The notes: generated by a model not told the origin, from the sequence alone. Numbered from the whole stretch's first letter, positions 37,461 through 51,762 are shown. The stretch is 63,561 nucleotides of DNA, filler included, from Octopus bimaculoides (GCF_001194135.2; 12 parts of 12 records of this genome joined end to end with filler, not necessarily neighbours in it), one strand, 5' to 3'. Numbers and translations: made by a program.

Positions 37461-39957
37461 TCAATGTTCTGATATCTTAGTGCTTCTTTTACGCTTGATA
37501 ATATTGAGCATGATCAACATAAAAATGTTAATAAAGCAGATCAGGCTATGTTACTACCTCAGAAATATAAGTAACTATATAATTAACAAATTCCCTTACA
37601 GTTTCACTGTAATTCCGTCTGTTAAAACGAAGCATTTGGATGAGGTGAAACTTAGGTAAAGTAAAATATAGATATGATACAAATTTACAGCATGCCAAAC
37701 TCTTTTAGAGGTTTTGGATATGGTACAAACGGTTGCTCATATCTATATATGTATAGGACTTTATACATGCTCAAAATGTTGAAAGATATTTTGGCAGAAT
37801 TTATTGGTTTTATCATTATAATTGCTATTAACTTTTATACCCCGTTTTTTTTTTGTTTTAGGTGCTTCCGAATCTAGCCGATAGCATTAGTATTGCTATG
37901 TTTTGAAATTAAAATTCCATATCATTATGCCTGTAGTTGAATCTTGTGTTGATTTATCTCTACACTTAACCATTTGAATAAACACTAGGTTTGTAAACTC
38001 TGTAATACATCAATTCTGTGCTTACCTGCTTGTAGAATTACGAATATATCACTATGAAAATATTTAAATTACATTCTTATTGTTCCATAAGTTGTTGATT
38101 AAGGGTGGTGTTTAAATTGTTTATGGGTATACCATAGGGTTTCGTTTGGCTTATGACATGTGTAATATAATCAGTCTTAATATGCACAGTATGACTAAGA
38201 AATATACTATTCGGTATCTGCTTACAAGTTTCACAGAAATTTACATATACCTAAAAAAACTTTTGCAGACCTGCACAATTGCTGACGGATTTTACCCCGC
38301 TGCTTTTAGAAGGCACTCATTCTGATGTAATTTCCCTGAGACATCCGAAGTTCTTACTATTATTCAAGCGATAATGACTGACTAAATCCGTGCTGCTAGT
38401 AGTATCCATAGCGTTCACAGTAATAGCTAAATTTCCACCATAAGACTTCCTTTTAAGTATATTAGTATTTCTCCTNNNNNNNNNNATATATACTTTACCT
38501 TATCAGTTGAGGCGACTTAAAAAAAAAACGATATACTCTACGACTTATCTTCATTCCCGTATAGTAGCAAAAGAAAAATCACTAAGTTTGTTATCCACGT
38601 ATGTGGTTTGAATTTTAACGCCACACCACTTACAATCAAGTAGAAAATAGATAAAAAATGTACGTCATCTAAATGGATGAAGACATACAAGCTATGCGTA
38701 GCTGAAATTCACAAATCCTTTTCACATCTAAGAACTCCACCGCACTGTTAAATGTCAGATCTGAAATTTTCAGTCGATGCAAAATGCCTGTTGGCGATTT
38801 GTAAAATAACAATCTCTCCGAATTGAGTGACTGTAATATAGACATTTACCCGTTCAAACATTATCATGGTTTTAAGGACAAAGAGCAGAAGACTCTAATT
38901 CCCCCTGTTTTTTTCTTTTTTCTTTTCCTTTCGTTTTCCGATGTACTTCATCTCCTACTATCTTTCCGCCTTTTCTCCGATTTTCTATTATTCTATTGTC
39001 CATAGCTCGTATATGCTGTGCGGACACAACCTGAAGATCGCATAAAGGCACCAGACGTTATATATATATATATATATATATAATTCACATTCACTTATTT
39101 TCAGGTTGTTGTTATATAGTATCATGCTTGTAGTTTGATACAATAACTTATATTATAGACAAATAAATGTTACAGATAATGCAATATTGTACGTTGCAAT
39201 GTTTTATATAATCGTCTGCATCTTTCTATTTATTTATCCTAGTATTCGTATGCATGGAAGTTATTAATTGAAATTATAATCCACAATTTTGTTAAACATT
39301 ATCGTGTTTAAATTACTTATCCAAATTATGTCTAATCCATTTTTGCTGATATGAAATTATCACATCCTTTTAAGTATTGAAAATCTTAATTAACATCGGT
39401 AGTATTTGAATTTAAATGAACATTAAAAAAATATTTTATATAATTGAACAGGTTGAAATTATATCTCTCCCCATTTGTCATTTAAAAATACAGCAGATTT
39501 CACATTTTCTATTTCGTATTGCTTCATATGGATTCTTTGAAAGCATTCATTAAGTCGAAAATGCTGCGATACACACAAACGAAAATAATATAAAAATATT
39601 AAAATAGTTTGTATATCTTGAATATATTTAATTTTTTTTTTTCATATGTAATTTGTATCCATTTCCATTTCATTATACACTGAAAACATTCCTCAGAAAC
39701 CTTTAATTGAATATCATGCATTATAAATTGTATTTCATTTAAGTTGTTTTATGTAGATTATTCACTATTTAAAATTCTGAAGCCAATGACGTCGTTGCAA
39801 CAATAGTCGTATAATTTTAGTTATTTATTGACAGCTAAATCATATTCGGTAAGATCTTAATAAAAGTCCTACATTATGGCCCCTATAACTATCAATGACA
39901 CATGTATTGCAATAAGGATCTCTTGGAATTATTTTTACTCGCATATATATTCATATA

Positions 39958-40340
39958 GGCGCAGGAGTGGCTGTGTGGTAAGTAGCTTGCTTACCAACCA
40001 CATGGTTCCGGGTTCAGTCCCACTGCGTGGCATCTTGGGCAAGTGTCTTCTACCTCGGGCCGACCAAAGCCTTCTGAGTGGATTTGGTAGACAGAAACTG
40101 AAAGAAGTCAGTCGTATATATGTATATATATATGTATATGTATGTGTTTGTCCCCCCAACATTGCTTGACAACCGATGCTGGTGTGTTTACGTCCCCGTA
40201 ACTTAGCGGTTCGGCAAAAGAGACCGATAGAATAAGTACTAGGCTTCCAAAGAATAAATCCTGGGGTCGATTTGCTCGACTAAAGGCGGTGCTCCAGCAT
40301 GGCCACAGTCAAGGGACTGAAACAAGGAAAAGAGTAAAAG
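39958..40340 (+). mobile_element. SINE family A, full length
   Basis: Complete head, central region, short (TA/TG)n and 3' end ..catggccacagtcaagggactgaaacaagg; CpGs intact. Confidence 0.95.
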
Positions 40341-41019
40341 AATATACATACCTGCATACACCTATACTCGTATTTGTTTGTCTGCGTGTGTGTGCTTGTA
40401 TGTGAGAGTGTGTGTGCTTATCTGTATGTGTCTTTGTGTTTGTAAGTGCGTATAAACACATAAAAAAACCATATATTTACAAGACAACACTACAACCAGA
40501 CTTCGAAATCCACCGTGTATAAACATCAGAGGCCACCAACTCTTCGCATGCGTTTTTTATAAACATTACCGATAGGAAGTTTTAAAAATATTATTCTGAA
40601 TTAGAATGTATAACTTAATCTGCAGTTATCAAAAATGCAATCTTATAATATATTAAAATATAAACGGAAATACAATTTTAATTTTCTATTATACCGATAT
40701 TCATTATACTGCAACTCACAAAGTTTTAATGTTGCCATCCGCAAATATATACATATTTTCTCAGAATGTTTAATATAATATTGTTCTTACCCATTTGTTT
40801 ATTGCCTATTATATACACCATAAACCATTGTTGGTCCTCTTCATCATAACACGATAAATTATATATANNNNNNNNNNNNNNNNNNNNNNNNNNNNNNNTA
40901 TATATGACATATATGTACATATGTATATATATATATATATATGTGTGTGTTTGCACGTTGGCATGAGTGTTTGTGTACGCGCGTGTGCGTGTATATGGGC
41001 GTGTGTTTGTGTGACAATA

Positions 41020-43490
41020 AAAATAATCCATTGCAGAATCACGGCAAAATAGAAACACACTAAACATTTCCTGACCAACGTACGCCAACTACACAATGTC
41101 ATACATGCCAAGGTTGAGGATGAAGACGAAACATCAAAACCATTTTGTCTCCAACTGTGTGACGAAGGAGACAGAGTTTATTTTCCGGCATTGTTTGGTC
41201 TCGTGGTATTATCCAGGCTGACAGGCACCATTAAAAACGCCTTGAAACCTAGCTTTGAAAAATTAATATGATTCATTTGTCTGCAGAAAGTGTTTCTGCT
41301 AGAACCGAACAACACATGCCGGTATGAGGATCACATCATCATGATTGGAACATTCCAATCAATCTGCGGCTATCGGAAGATGTTGGAGAAGATGGCTGGA
41401 ACGGGATTCGCTGAAATCTTATTTCAAGCTGGTCGTACGACATCTGAGTATTTGATGGGTATCATTTCAGCTAATAACTATGCACGCCCACTTAACTGCC
41501 ACAAATTTCTGATGGAAGCTTTTGTGAGATTGGTGCTGGCTTGGTTTCTACAAAATCGAGATGAAGAAGTGCGTTTTGGAAAGCTACCTAAGTCTTCCAG
41601 TAATTGTATTGTGACACTTGCACCATCTCCCAACAAGGAGATTGAATGATCAGGTAATTTGTTCATACATTGTGGAATATCTCCATCTCCGTGAGAACAT
41701 TCGCTCAGGCCAACATTGAAAGATTGATGCGCTTTGGATGTCATACAACGATCATGTTTGCGTGACAATGTGCCTTCTACAATCTTTGACGATAAACAAC
41801 TTTACAGTATACGTACAATGCGTCTGCCTTATGACTGACCTCTTCTTCAGCTCGGGAGGACACAGCAAAATCCCGGTACCTCACATTTTTTCCTGTTTAT
41901 TACCAATATTAAACTTTCTCATCCTGGTGCAGAGGATCTGTTAAAGAGAGGTGCAATCTGTGTGGCGAGATCCTTTATTCCAGGAAATAGTTTGCTGTCG
42001 ACAAGACAATCGAAGAAACTTTTATGCAGCATGTAAACTCAAAAGATCGAAGTGGCTCGATTGGAACGAGCATTAGCAGTCTGCAAACAAATTACAGTAT
42101 CTATTAAAGATGGACTAATTTGGGTAAAGAACGAGCCAAATTCCCTCAGGCTACATTTTGTCTATCGGGAATGTCTGATGAAGAAGACAAAGGACGGAAA
42201 CATCGAGAGAGAAACATTCAGTTTTTGTTCTCAACTTGGAGGAGTGAGGTGCCTGCCGACATTCTCACTAGACATGAGATGGTACTGATATTTCAAGGAA
42301 AAGCTTTCCAGTTGATATAGGATGGACATAACACATTCTGTCAAGAAATACACTCTCTGGAATCTTCAGAGGAAGAAAGTGACACTCGTGTGATCTTGTA
42401 TTGCATGTATGCCAAATAACGGGGATGTAAATCCGTTCGCGTAAGGAGTCCCGATTCAAACCATTTTGTTTATCTTACTTCACCATGCTAGATTCCTGGA
42501 TGGACTTCAGATTCTGTTTGAAACTGGAAAGGGCAACACACGATGCTGTATCGATGTGACCAAACTGGCTATGTCTTCTATGCTTGTTCTCTGTTCTGCA
42601 TTGCTGGGTTATCACGCCTGTACCGGGTGTGATAGTACCAGTGCCTCCAAAAAGTAGGGGACAATGAAGGGACTAAAAGTCGTTGAAACACATACATCAT
42701 TCCAGTTACGGGAGTGTTGGGAAGTCGACGAGGAAGTAAGGGATGAACTGGAGAGGTTCACGTGTGGTATGGTAACAAAAGTTAAAAAAAAGGTGAATAA
42801 TTTGCGGTTCACAGCCTTGCGAACTAAGTGCGGTGGGAAGGATGATTTTATGAAATGTAAGCAATTCGAACTCGCTTCACTGCCCCAATGTAGAAACATC
42901 CTCCAGTAAGATGTTTGGAGAAGCAACTTCCAGACCAGGATATGGAAGCTCGCGAACATTGCAAAACCTTCAGTGCCTAGACCAGACGAAGGACATGGAT
43001 GGACAATGAAATCTGGAATTATGAAGCCGAAGAGGATAGAATGTGAAATGATGTCCCGTCAGTTGGTGGGAATTCTGGAAGAACTTGAAGATGAAACATG
43101 CGCATCAGATTCTAACACTGATACTAACAGTAAACTTAGTGAAAGTGATTTCCTTGAAAGGGTAGAATCGGACAGTGATACTGAATGTGATGGTGATGAT
43201 TATTAATCGGACATTTGAAATGACTCAGAAATGTAATAGATAGTTCACAAATAATGTTGTCATAGTTATGTGGTGTGGGTTGGACGAAACACAATGCATT
43301 ACAAAGTTAATGAAACCAAGAACAGATTAGTTTTGCCTTGGGGCTGGCCAGATTGGAGCAATATCGAGAATAACCAGCCGAAATTGCAAGGATAATCTGG
43401 ATGTCGACTGAGGAAAGAAAACTCCGAATGACCTGTCCTTGTCTCCTTGTATCGTCTATCTGGATGTTTTGCGTCCTTGTCCCATTCTGT
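41020..43490 (+). mobile_element. Decayed Academ (AcademX-like) DNA transposon: transposase C-half plus XPG/FEN-like nuclease
   Basis: MIGTFQ..KMAGTGFAEILFQAG..NYARPLNCHKFLMEA; SEEESDTRVILYC..VRSPD; FETGKGNTR..LLGYHACTGCDSTSA; SLPQCR..IWK..GHGW; acidic tail. Motif order fits Academ ORFs with an XPG domain (from recall, not searched). Confidence 0.6.
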
Positions 43491-43534
43491 ATTATTTATA
43501 GACACACACACACACCCACACACCCATACGCCCC

Positions 43535-43599
<65 letters not shown>

Positions 43600-44350
43600 T
43601 GTGTGTCGACTCTGTTAAGACAAAAAACTTTTATGCGGTTGATAAGGACGTTTTTAAGCGTCTACTTTCGAACAGTATCACAGACGCATACAAAAAAGAC
43701 AACGCACATTTATCCAAGGAGATGAATTACGAGGCAAGAAGAATTGCTAACAATCTTAAACTTAGGGTTAGGATAGAATATGTTCCCCCACGCAACGCTT
43801 TTTTTTACCATAAAATATCATAAAGCTAATTTTATAGAAACCCTAAATGTAGATTGATTAATCCTGCTAAAAGGGAAATAGATATTATTAGCTAATACAT
43901 TTTAAATCGTATTTTAAGTAAGTTAGATAGTGAATTAAATTTACGGATTTGGAAAAATAGCAAGTCAGTGATAGATTGGTTCAAAGCGAATAGCAATAAG
44001 CATAACTGCAAATTTACAGAGTTTGATATTGACTTTTATCTGTCAACATCTAGACCTTAGCTTCTAAAAGCATTAGACTTAGCCAAGCAGTATGTCACCA
44101 TCGATGACTGGGAAATAGATATCCTGCATGCAAGGAAATCTCTTCTTTTTTGCGAGGATTCTACCTGGGTCAAAAGGAGGGAGGATTCTCTTTTCGATGT
44201 ATCGATGGGGTCATATGATGGGGCTGAGTTATGTGTGCTTATATTTTGCATAATCTAAATCTAGAATTCTCATTGATAGACGCAGACTTATACTGGGATG
44301 CCGGCCTTAAAGTCACCCATAATTTAAACGGTCATGAATCAGATAAACTG
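43600..44350 (+). mobile_element. Penelope-like RT fragment, decayed
   Basis: SITDAYKK..ARRIANNLKL; CRLINPAKREI; SVIDWFK; EFDI.DFY; ILHARKSLLF; FDVSMGSYDGAEL. Confidence 0.9.
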
Positions 44351-44351
44351 G

Positions 44352-44724
44352 GGCAGGATCATGTTTCGTCGCTAGTAACGATTCGGTAAAGGAATCGTTG
44401 CTTGTGTCCATATTTCTGAACCTTCCCCATCGAGTGAAGATGCTTCTCTATAGCAGTGTGGGAGCATTCCATTTTCTCTGCCAGTTCCCTTGTTGTTTGA
44501 CGAGAATTTTCGTGCAAAAGTTGGTTTAATTGCTCTTCATCGAACTCAAGTGGACGGTCAGAACGAGGTGCGTCTTTGAGTTCAAAATGTCCATTTTTGA
44601 ACTGCGCATACCGATCACGGGCGGTTCTTTCAGTTATGGCACAATCTCCATACACAGCACAAATGTCGCGAGCAGTTTTTGCGGCCTTAGAACCTTGATT
44701 AAAAGCAAAAAGAAGGATGTGTCA
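44352..44724 (-). mobile_element. Mariner transposase N-terminal fragment, internally deleted
   Basis: YGDCAITERTARDRYAQFKNGHFELKDAPRSDRP..QTTRELAEKM..MGKVQKYG / RIVTSDET. Confidence 0.9.
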
Positions 44725-44840
44725 NNNNNNNNNNNNNNNNNNNNNNNNNNNNNNNNNNNNNNNNNNNNTTAATTAATTAANNNNNNNNNNNNNNNNNNNN
44801 NNNNNNNNNNNNNNNNNNNNNNNNAACAAATAACTACAGC

Positions 44841-44890
<50 letters not shown>

Positions 44891-45041
44891 GCACTACTGG
44901 GTACTGCACACATTCTACGCAAAACACTTTCAATACAGTAAACATAAGAGCACCACAGCAAACCACAGCACATACCCAAGGCGCACAGAGCTGCGCTCGG
45001 TAGTGAAGTGAAAGCACGTTATAAAAATAAAACTACTGAAC
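44891..45041 (+). mobile_element. R4/Dong-type 3' end (151 bp) between two (AAT)n tracts
   Basis: Near-identical to 9592-9742; (AAT)n at 44841-44890 and 45042-45056. Confidence 0.92.
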
Positions 45042-46504
45042 AATAATAATAATAATACACCGGGGACGTTTAACATGTGAGAGCGATAAAACACTGCTCC
45101 GAAATCTATCCAAAATCATCGGGAAAAAAGGCATCAAATGGAGCCTAAAATAACTGACAAGGTATTGGACTATATCCGAGTAAGGGATACTCATTGACAT
45201 TTGTTTTTTTATTTTCCGATGGAAATTATGTACTTTAACAGTGTGTCATCTCCGACATTCGCATAACACGTGTAAACACGTTCGCCATACTGACAAGGTG
45301 CTGGATTATACCCGAGCATTAAAAGTGTTGGGCTATATCCGTGTAAGAAATACTAAAATTTATTTCTATTTTCCGAATAAAATGATGTATTTTAACTGTG
45401 TATCATCTCCATTGCTCACACAAAGAATCCGTTGGCATGAGATTTTATCTGTAAATTTTATACTTACTTATCCGTTAATGTATTTCCATGTGAGGAACAT
45501 GTAATCCCTGTCATTTTGTTTCTGTGGAAATCAGTTTAAACCTAACTGGTATATGTATAAGCCCGCACCCAATTATGTCTTCAGTCGCTTGAAAATCGGA
45601 ACCGAAGAACTCCAAGTAGTGACTCACAGACTTCAGGTTTGAATAAATAATATTCTGCTCTGTTTAATAATATGAGTAATTTCCTTCACCTCAATACTTT
45701 TCACACCAGTTTGATACTGCTAACTAACCTGTTCCACACACATTTATATGTATATGTACACACTTGCTTACATGGATACAACATTGCTATATATATATAT
45801 ATATATATGTATGTACGTAAACATATATATATANNNNNNNNNNNNNNNNNNNNNNNNNNNNNNNNNNNNNNNNNNNNNNNNNNNNNNNNNNNNNNNNNNN
45901 NNNNNNNNNNNNNNNNNNNNNNNNNNNNNNNNNNNNNNNNNNNNNNNNNNNNNNNNNNNNNNNNNNNNNNNNNNNNNNNNNNNNNNNNNNNNNNNNNNNN
46001 NNNNNNNNNNNNNNNNNNNNNNNNNNNNNNNNNNNNNNNNNNNNNNNNNNNNNNNNNNNNNNNNNNNNNNNNNNNNNNNNNNNNNNNNNNNNNNNNNNNN
46101 NNNNNNNNNNNNNNNNNNNNNNNNNNNNNNNNNNNNNNNNNNNNNNNNNNNNNNNNNNNNNNNNNNNNNNNNNNNNNNNNNNNNNNNTGTGTGTGTGTGT
46201 GTGTGTGTGTATGTTTCTAATCAGCAGTTGAAATAAAAGAAAAATTATAAGAAACATTATTGGAATAAATATTGAATAATTTCTTGGTCTCTCTGAACTA
46301 ATTAACCTGTTGTAAGGGGTGATGTAGAATGGGGTGGGTGGAGGTTGTATGTGGTGGCCGGGATGGTAGTGAGTGGTTGTAGTGGCGGTGGCAGCGGTTG
46401 TGGTGGTAGTGGTTGTGGCGGTGGTGGTGACAGTGGTGCTGGTTGCGATAGCAGTGGTGGTGTTGGGACATATGACGGGGGTGGTGGTGGTTGTGGTGGT
46501 GGTA

Positions 46505-46539
<35 letters not shown>

Positions 46540-46736
46540 TGTGTGTGTGTTTGTATAAATATAAATTTATATATATTATATATACGTATATAAATATATA
46601 ATATATAAAATATATAAAGTAGAGGAAAATATAAAAATGTAAAATTTAACATTTATTCAAAAATTTGTTGACAAATTATACAAAAATTTGAAACTATTTG
46701 GATTCGTAAATATATTTTAGAAGTATAAGATTTGTA

Positions 46737-46826
46737 TAATAATTGCTGTATAATGGGTATATAATTGATGTATAATGGATACATAATTGATGTATAATGG
46801 GTATATAATTGCTGTATAATGGCTGT
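46737..46826. repeat. 22-bp minisatellite, about 4 units
   Basis: ataattg(c/a)tgtataatgg(g/a)ta(t/c) repeated. Confidence 0.9.
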
Positions 46827-46901
46827 ATGATCAAAAATAAGGTGGACAACATATTATGGGATTGCAGGAAAGTTGGAAAACAGATACATAGAAAAGTGGT
46901 G

Positions 46902-46934
<33 letters not shown>

Positions 46935-47112
46935 CTGTGTCTGTGTCTGTGTCTGTGTGTATGTATATACACGCACACTCATACACACATATGCATACAT
47001 ATGTGACGGCCCAGACGTATACAGGCTTAAGTGTGTATTTGCATGTGAGCTGACAGGAACCCACCTACTGAAAGTTATATACATATAAATAAATACATAC
47101 ACACAGAGTTTC

Positions 47113-47168
<56 letters not shown>

Positions 47169-47883
47169 GCACACACATTCATACAGAATTTAATTTACAA
47201 TTTCACGTTCCGATACTTGTGCACAAAACATAATTGCACACAACCATACACATAGATTTACAAACGTATAAATATGCACATACATACATACACACACACA
47301 TGCATACATACACACACGCGCACACACAAACAGACACACACACACACACACACATACGCACACACACACACACACACACACATACACACACACACACACA
47401 CATATATATATATGTCATAACCAGGATATCAGTTACAATTAAAACCTCAAAATAGAACATCGGAAATTTAAGGATTAACGGAGCTATGATGATGAATAAC
47501 TTAAATCTACCCATTAAGACAGAACATTAAGTGATCTACGCTGACTGGCAGTCTCAAAAGTAGCCGTCTGCAAAGGCTGCAGCCCTAAAAAATATTCGAT
47601 GTGTGAAAAATACTTTCTTTTTTATTGTACACGGTAAAGGATGGAACAAAAGGTATCTTTATTTTCATGATAAGGGATGTTAAACCCGAAATATTAAAAT
47701 ACATAGCAACTGTGGAAACCATTGTTAACTGGTTTCCTTTGGATTTGATTCTGTTTTCACTCTTTTCTTTACAACTTTTATTTTCTTAAATACAATTACT
47801 CTGCTTCATAATAGAAATTATATTTTCATGCACACATTTACAAAAGAATATGTGTAAACAGACATACACACACACACACACAC

Positions 47884-47923
<40 letters not shown>

Positions 47924-49260
47924 NNNNNNNNNNCACATATATATATATATATGTTTATGTATGTATATTTATAGGTATTATGTATGTATGTATGTATGTA
48001 TGTATGTATGTATGTATGTATGTATGTATGTGCGTGTGTAAGTGTGTGCAAAGTGTCGGCCGCTTTGTCAGTCAAACTGCTTCGGCTCTCTCCGCTCTTT
48101 TATACTTGCAAGATTATTCAACAAATCGATCCTCGTTGAAACTGTCAATATTTGATTAAAGAATCTAATTTAGAGTCCTTAACTTTATTTACTTGATGTG
48201 GATCTTTCACAGCTTTCGCACCAACCACCATCACTCCATTATATCCGTCCATCTCGCCACCCCTTCCAACTTCCAACATTATCTCCATTCCTCTCTCTTC
48301 CCTTCTTTTTCCATTCTTCACGTCATCCTTCCTCCCTCATCGTCCATCTCTCCAGCCTTGCATTTCTCTCAACTTTTCCCCCATCTCACCACTCGTCTTC
48401 AATCTCTCCTACACCCTCCCATCCATCCACTCCCACACCCCACCCCTCACATCCTCTTTCTTTAAATCTTTCACACAATCCTTTTCCCGTTCCCATTCAT
48501 CTATCACACTGGACACTAATTCTTCTCCTACTTGAAAGCATCTCATCGCAACAGCCAAGGAAACTTCATCCCGTCACCGCTACACTACCACCCAACCACA
48601 CCAAACCACTGCATAGCTACATCCTATACTAATACTTCTACACAACCACGCCAAGACTACGACAGAACTAGACCATACACCAGCATCATCACACCTCCAC
48701 AGTACACTAATCTGCCACTAAACGAAAATTGCTACAGCACCGCGCACCGACACCAACACCGCCAGACCCTTATATGCTATACTGCAACACAAACACCACC
48801 AAACAACCATATAACAAAATTACTAACACACAGAGCCATCACCAATATCAACAACTGTACCACTATAGTACTAGCACCAACACCACACCACTACGTCAGC
48901 ACACACACACACACACACATACACACACGCATATATATACATGTCATACTAATATATACTTTTGTTATTTACNNNNNNNNNNNNNNNNNNNNNNNNNNNN
49001 NNNNNNNNNNNNNNNNNNNNNNNNNNNNNNNNNNNNNNNNNNNNNNNNNNNNNNNNNNNNNNNNNNNNNNNNNNNNNNNNNNNNNNNNNNNNNNNNNNNN
49101 NNNNNNNNNNNNNNNNNNNNNNNNNNNNNNNNNNNNNNNNNNNNNNNNNNNNNNNNNNNNNNNNNNNNNNNNNNNNNNNNNNNNNNNNNNNNNNNNNNNN
49201 NNNNNNNNNNNNNNNNNNNNNNNNNNNNNNNNNNNNNNNNNNNNNNNNNNNNNNNNNNNN

Positions 49261-49301
49261 GCTACTAACGCAAAGATTCCGAGTTTGATTCCAAGCAGTG
49301 A

Positions 49302-49391
<90 letters not shown>

Positions 49392-49520
49392 CATCGAAAA
49401 TAGCTTAGGAATGAGAACAAAAGACACCTGATGAAGGTTGGAGGGTATACCAGTCAAAACGTTGTGTTAACAACAAACAAGATGAGGACAAATATCCGTC
49501 AAATGTAAATAATGTAAATA
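49261..49520 (+). mobile_element. SINE-like element: B-box remnant, internal (AAT)n, hammerhead-like motif, (AATGTAAAT)n tail
   Basis: gagtttgattcc (B-box-like) at 49281-49292; (AAT)n 49306-49388; hammerhead fold 49423-49468; tandem 9-mer tail 49502-49540. The 5' end is lost in the gap. Confidence 0.6.
49423..49468 (+). ncRNA. Minimal type-I hammerhead ribozyme motif, G12A mutant copy
   Basis: Stem I gacac/gtgtt; CTGATGA plus extra A; stem II ggttgg/ccagtc; AAAA in place of GAAA; palindromic stem III ACGT; GUU triplet. Confidence 0.65.
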
Positions 49521-49861
49521 ATGTAAATAATGTAAATAATGAACAATCACCGCTTCCAAAATTTGGCTTACAAAATGTTGCCTTCCAAAAAGCTATAATA
49601 TTTAGCGTCTAATTTGACAGTGATCGTTGTCAGCGGGCAGTTTAACTTTGTAATACACTACTCAGTCGATATCTGGGCGGTGCGGGTTCGAGTCCCGTGG
49701 CTTTCTGCTGGCAACTTTTTTTCTGTTTTAGAAGGGTTTAATACCCGAACTTCTTGTTACTTTCAGGGCTATCCTGCATTTAAAATATTACTTTCTTGTC
49801 TGTAAAATACGTAACACATTAGACGCTTCCAACAGTTTGTTTACAAAATGTTGTTGCATAT

Positions 49862-49953
49862 AGACAGATAGACAGATAGATAGATAGATAGACAGATAGA
49901 TAGATAGATAGATAGATAGATAGGTAGATAGATAGATAGATAGATAGATAGAT
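49862..49953. repeat. (GATA)/(GACA)n microsatellite
   Basis: Visible; another (GATA)n at 60432-60498. Confidence 0.95.
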
Positions 49954-50340
49954 ATGCATATGCCTATGCGTATCTATATGTTTGTTCGTTAATTATAACT
50001 ACTTTGTTTCATTTGTAAACATTCTACAACATCAAAACTAATTCCAATAATTGATGAAACATAACTGTTTACAAACAACAACTTTCTCGTGTTTTTTACT
50101 GCTACTGCTGCTGCTGCTGCCGCTGCTGTCGCTGCTGCCTGTTTAGGCGGCTGCTTTGCTCTTCATATCAACAATTCTGTATTAACTGACTTAATATAAT
50201 TATATCGTCTTAGACTCGATAAACAAATATAGTAACCATGACACAAACACACACACACACACACTCATATATAAATACATGTGTATACCAATAGTTAAAT
50301 ATGTGCTTTTACAATGGCACACCTTATACAGTGCGACGTT

Positions 50341-50407
<67 letters not shown>

Positions 50408-50782
50408 GTATATGTATATGTACATATATATGTATATATATGTACATATATGCATTTATATATACACACATATATATGTGTATATAGAGAGATAGATATA
50501 TAGAAATACATATATATATATATATACATACACTTATATACGTATATATATACAAACATACATGCGTACGTACTTATATATGCATGTATGTATGTATGTA
50601 TGTATGTATGTATGTATGTATGTATGGACATCTTTTACTACGGCAGAATAGTACAAGTGTATATATATATANNNNNNNNNNNNNNNNNNNNNNNNNNNNN
50701 NNNNNNNNNNNNNNNTTAATTAATTAANNNNNNNNNNNNNNNNNNNNNNNNNNNNNNNNNNNNNNNNNNNNTATATATATAT

Positions 50783-50815
<33 letters not shown>

Positions 50816-51762
50816 ACGTATATATGTATGTATGTATATGTATATATACACATATATATATACATCTATATATATGTGTATGTATATATGTATACATATG
50901 TATATATGTATGTATGTACATATACATATACATATATATGTATATATATATATATATGTATGTATGTACATATACATATATGTGTATATATATATATAAT
51001 TATATTTACACACATACATACATACATACATACATGTGTGTGTGTGTCGAACGATGTAAATGAGTGCTCAACACAGCATTGGTGGATATAATGTCTTTAT
51101 TCGTGAATTAAGGCTACCATTGGTTTCATGTTAGGAAAAGTAAGAAAATATCCTAGCGTCTTATAAAATGTTTCAAGTCGATCACAGGGAGAAAGGCGCT
51201 TTCCTTCGTTTCGGAAAAAACCATACAGATCGATAAGCACAGACATGCACTCTTAATAAACTCTATTTATCAAATATATAAAAATTAAAATAATAAAATA
51301 GATGAATAAATGATATGTGGTTCGTTACCAAAAGAAATTACGAGGAAAATGTGTCATTCTTCGTCAAATTTTGTTAATTACAGCTAATTTTTAGCTCTCA
51401 TTAGTATATCTGTTACCGTCACAGCTGAATGGGTTGGCCAAGGCCCAGCACTTTGCTAGAACTCGTTATAGAGAGACTGAGAAAGAGACACACACACGCA
51501 CAAAAACATACACGCATAGACACACACACTCTCGCACACACACACACACAACGTCCCTGTTGTCTGAGACCAGTCATAAACGCCTAAAGAGAAAAGGGCG
51601 ATTTGGAGTGCAGGGGAGATAACTTCTGATTATACCACCTATGATCTATAACGAAATTTCTGTTTCATTTGGAATTAATGAACTGATTGTGGGGCGTGCA
51701 GAAATAACTATGATTGCTAAGCGACAGTTAAAGATGGAAACCAGTCCACAGAGCAACCCATA

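Noticed and set aside
37602-37655. 54-nt plus-strand exon candidate (FTVIPSVKTKHLDEVKLR)
   Set aside because: Good splice sites, but short and unlinked; expected by chance in 63 kb.
42172-42210. ctgatgaag..ggaaac hammerhead-like string
   Set aside because: No pairing in stem II; it lies in purine-rich sequence inside the Academ remnant.
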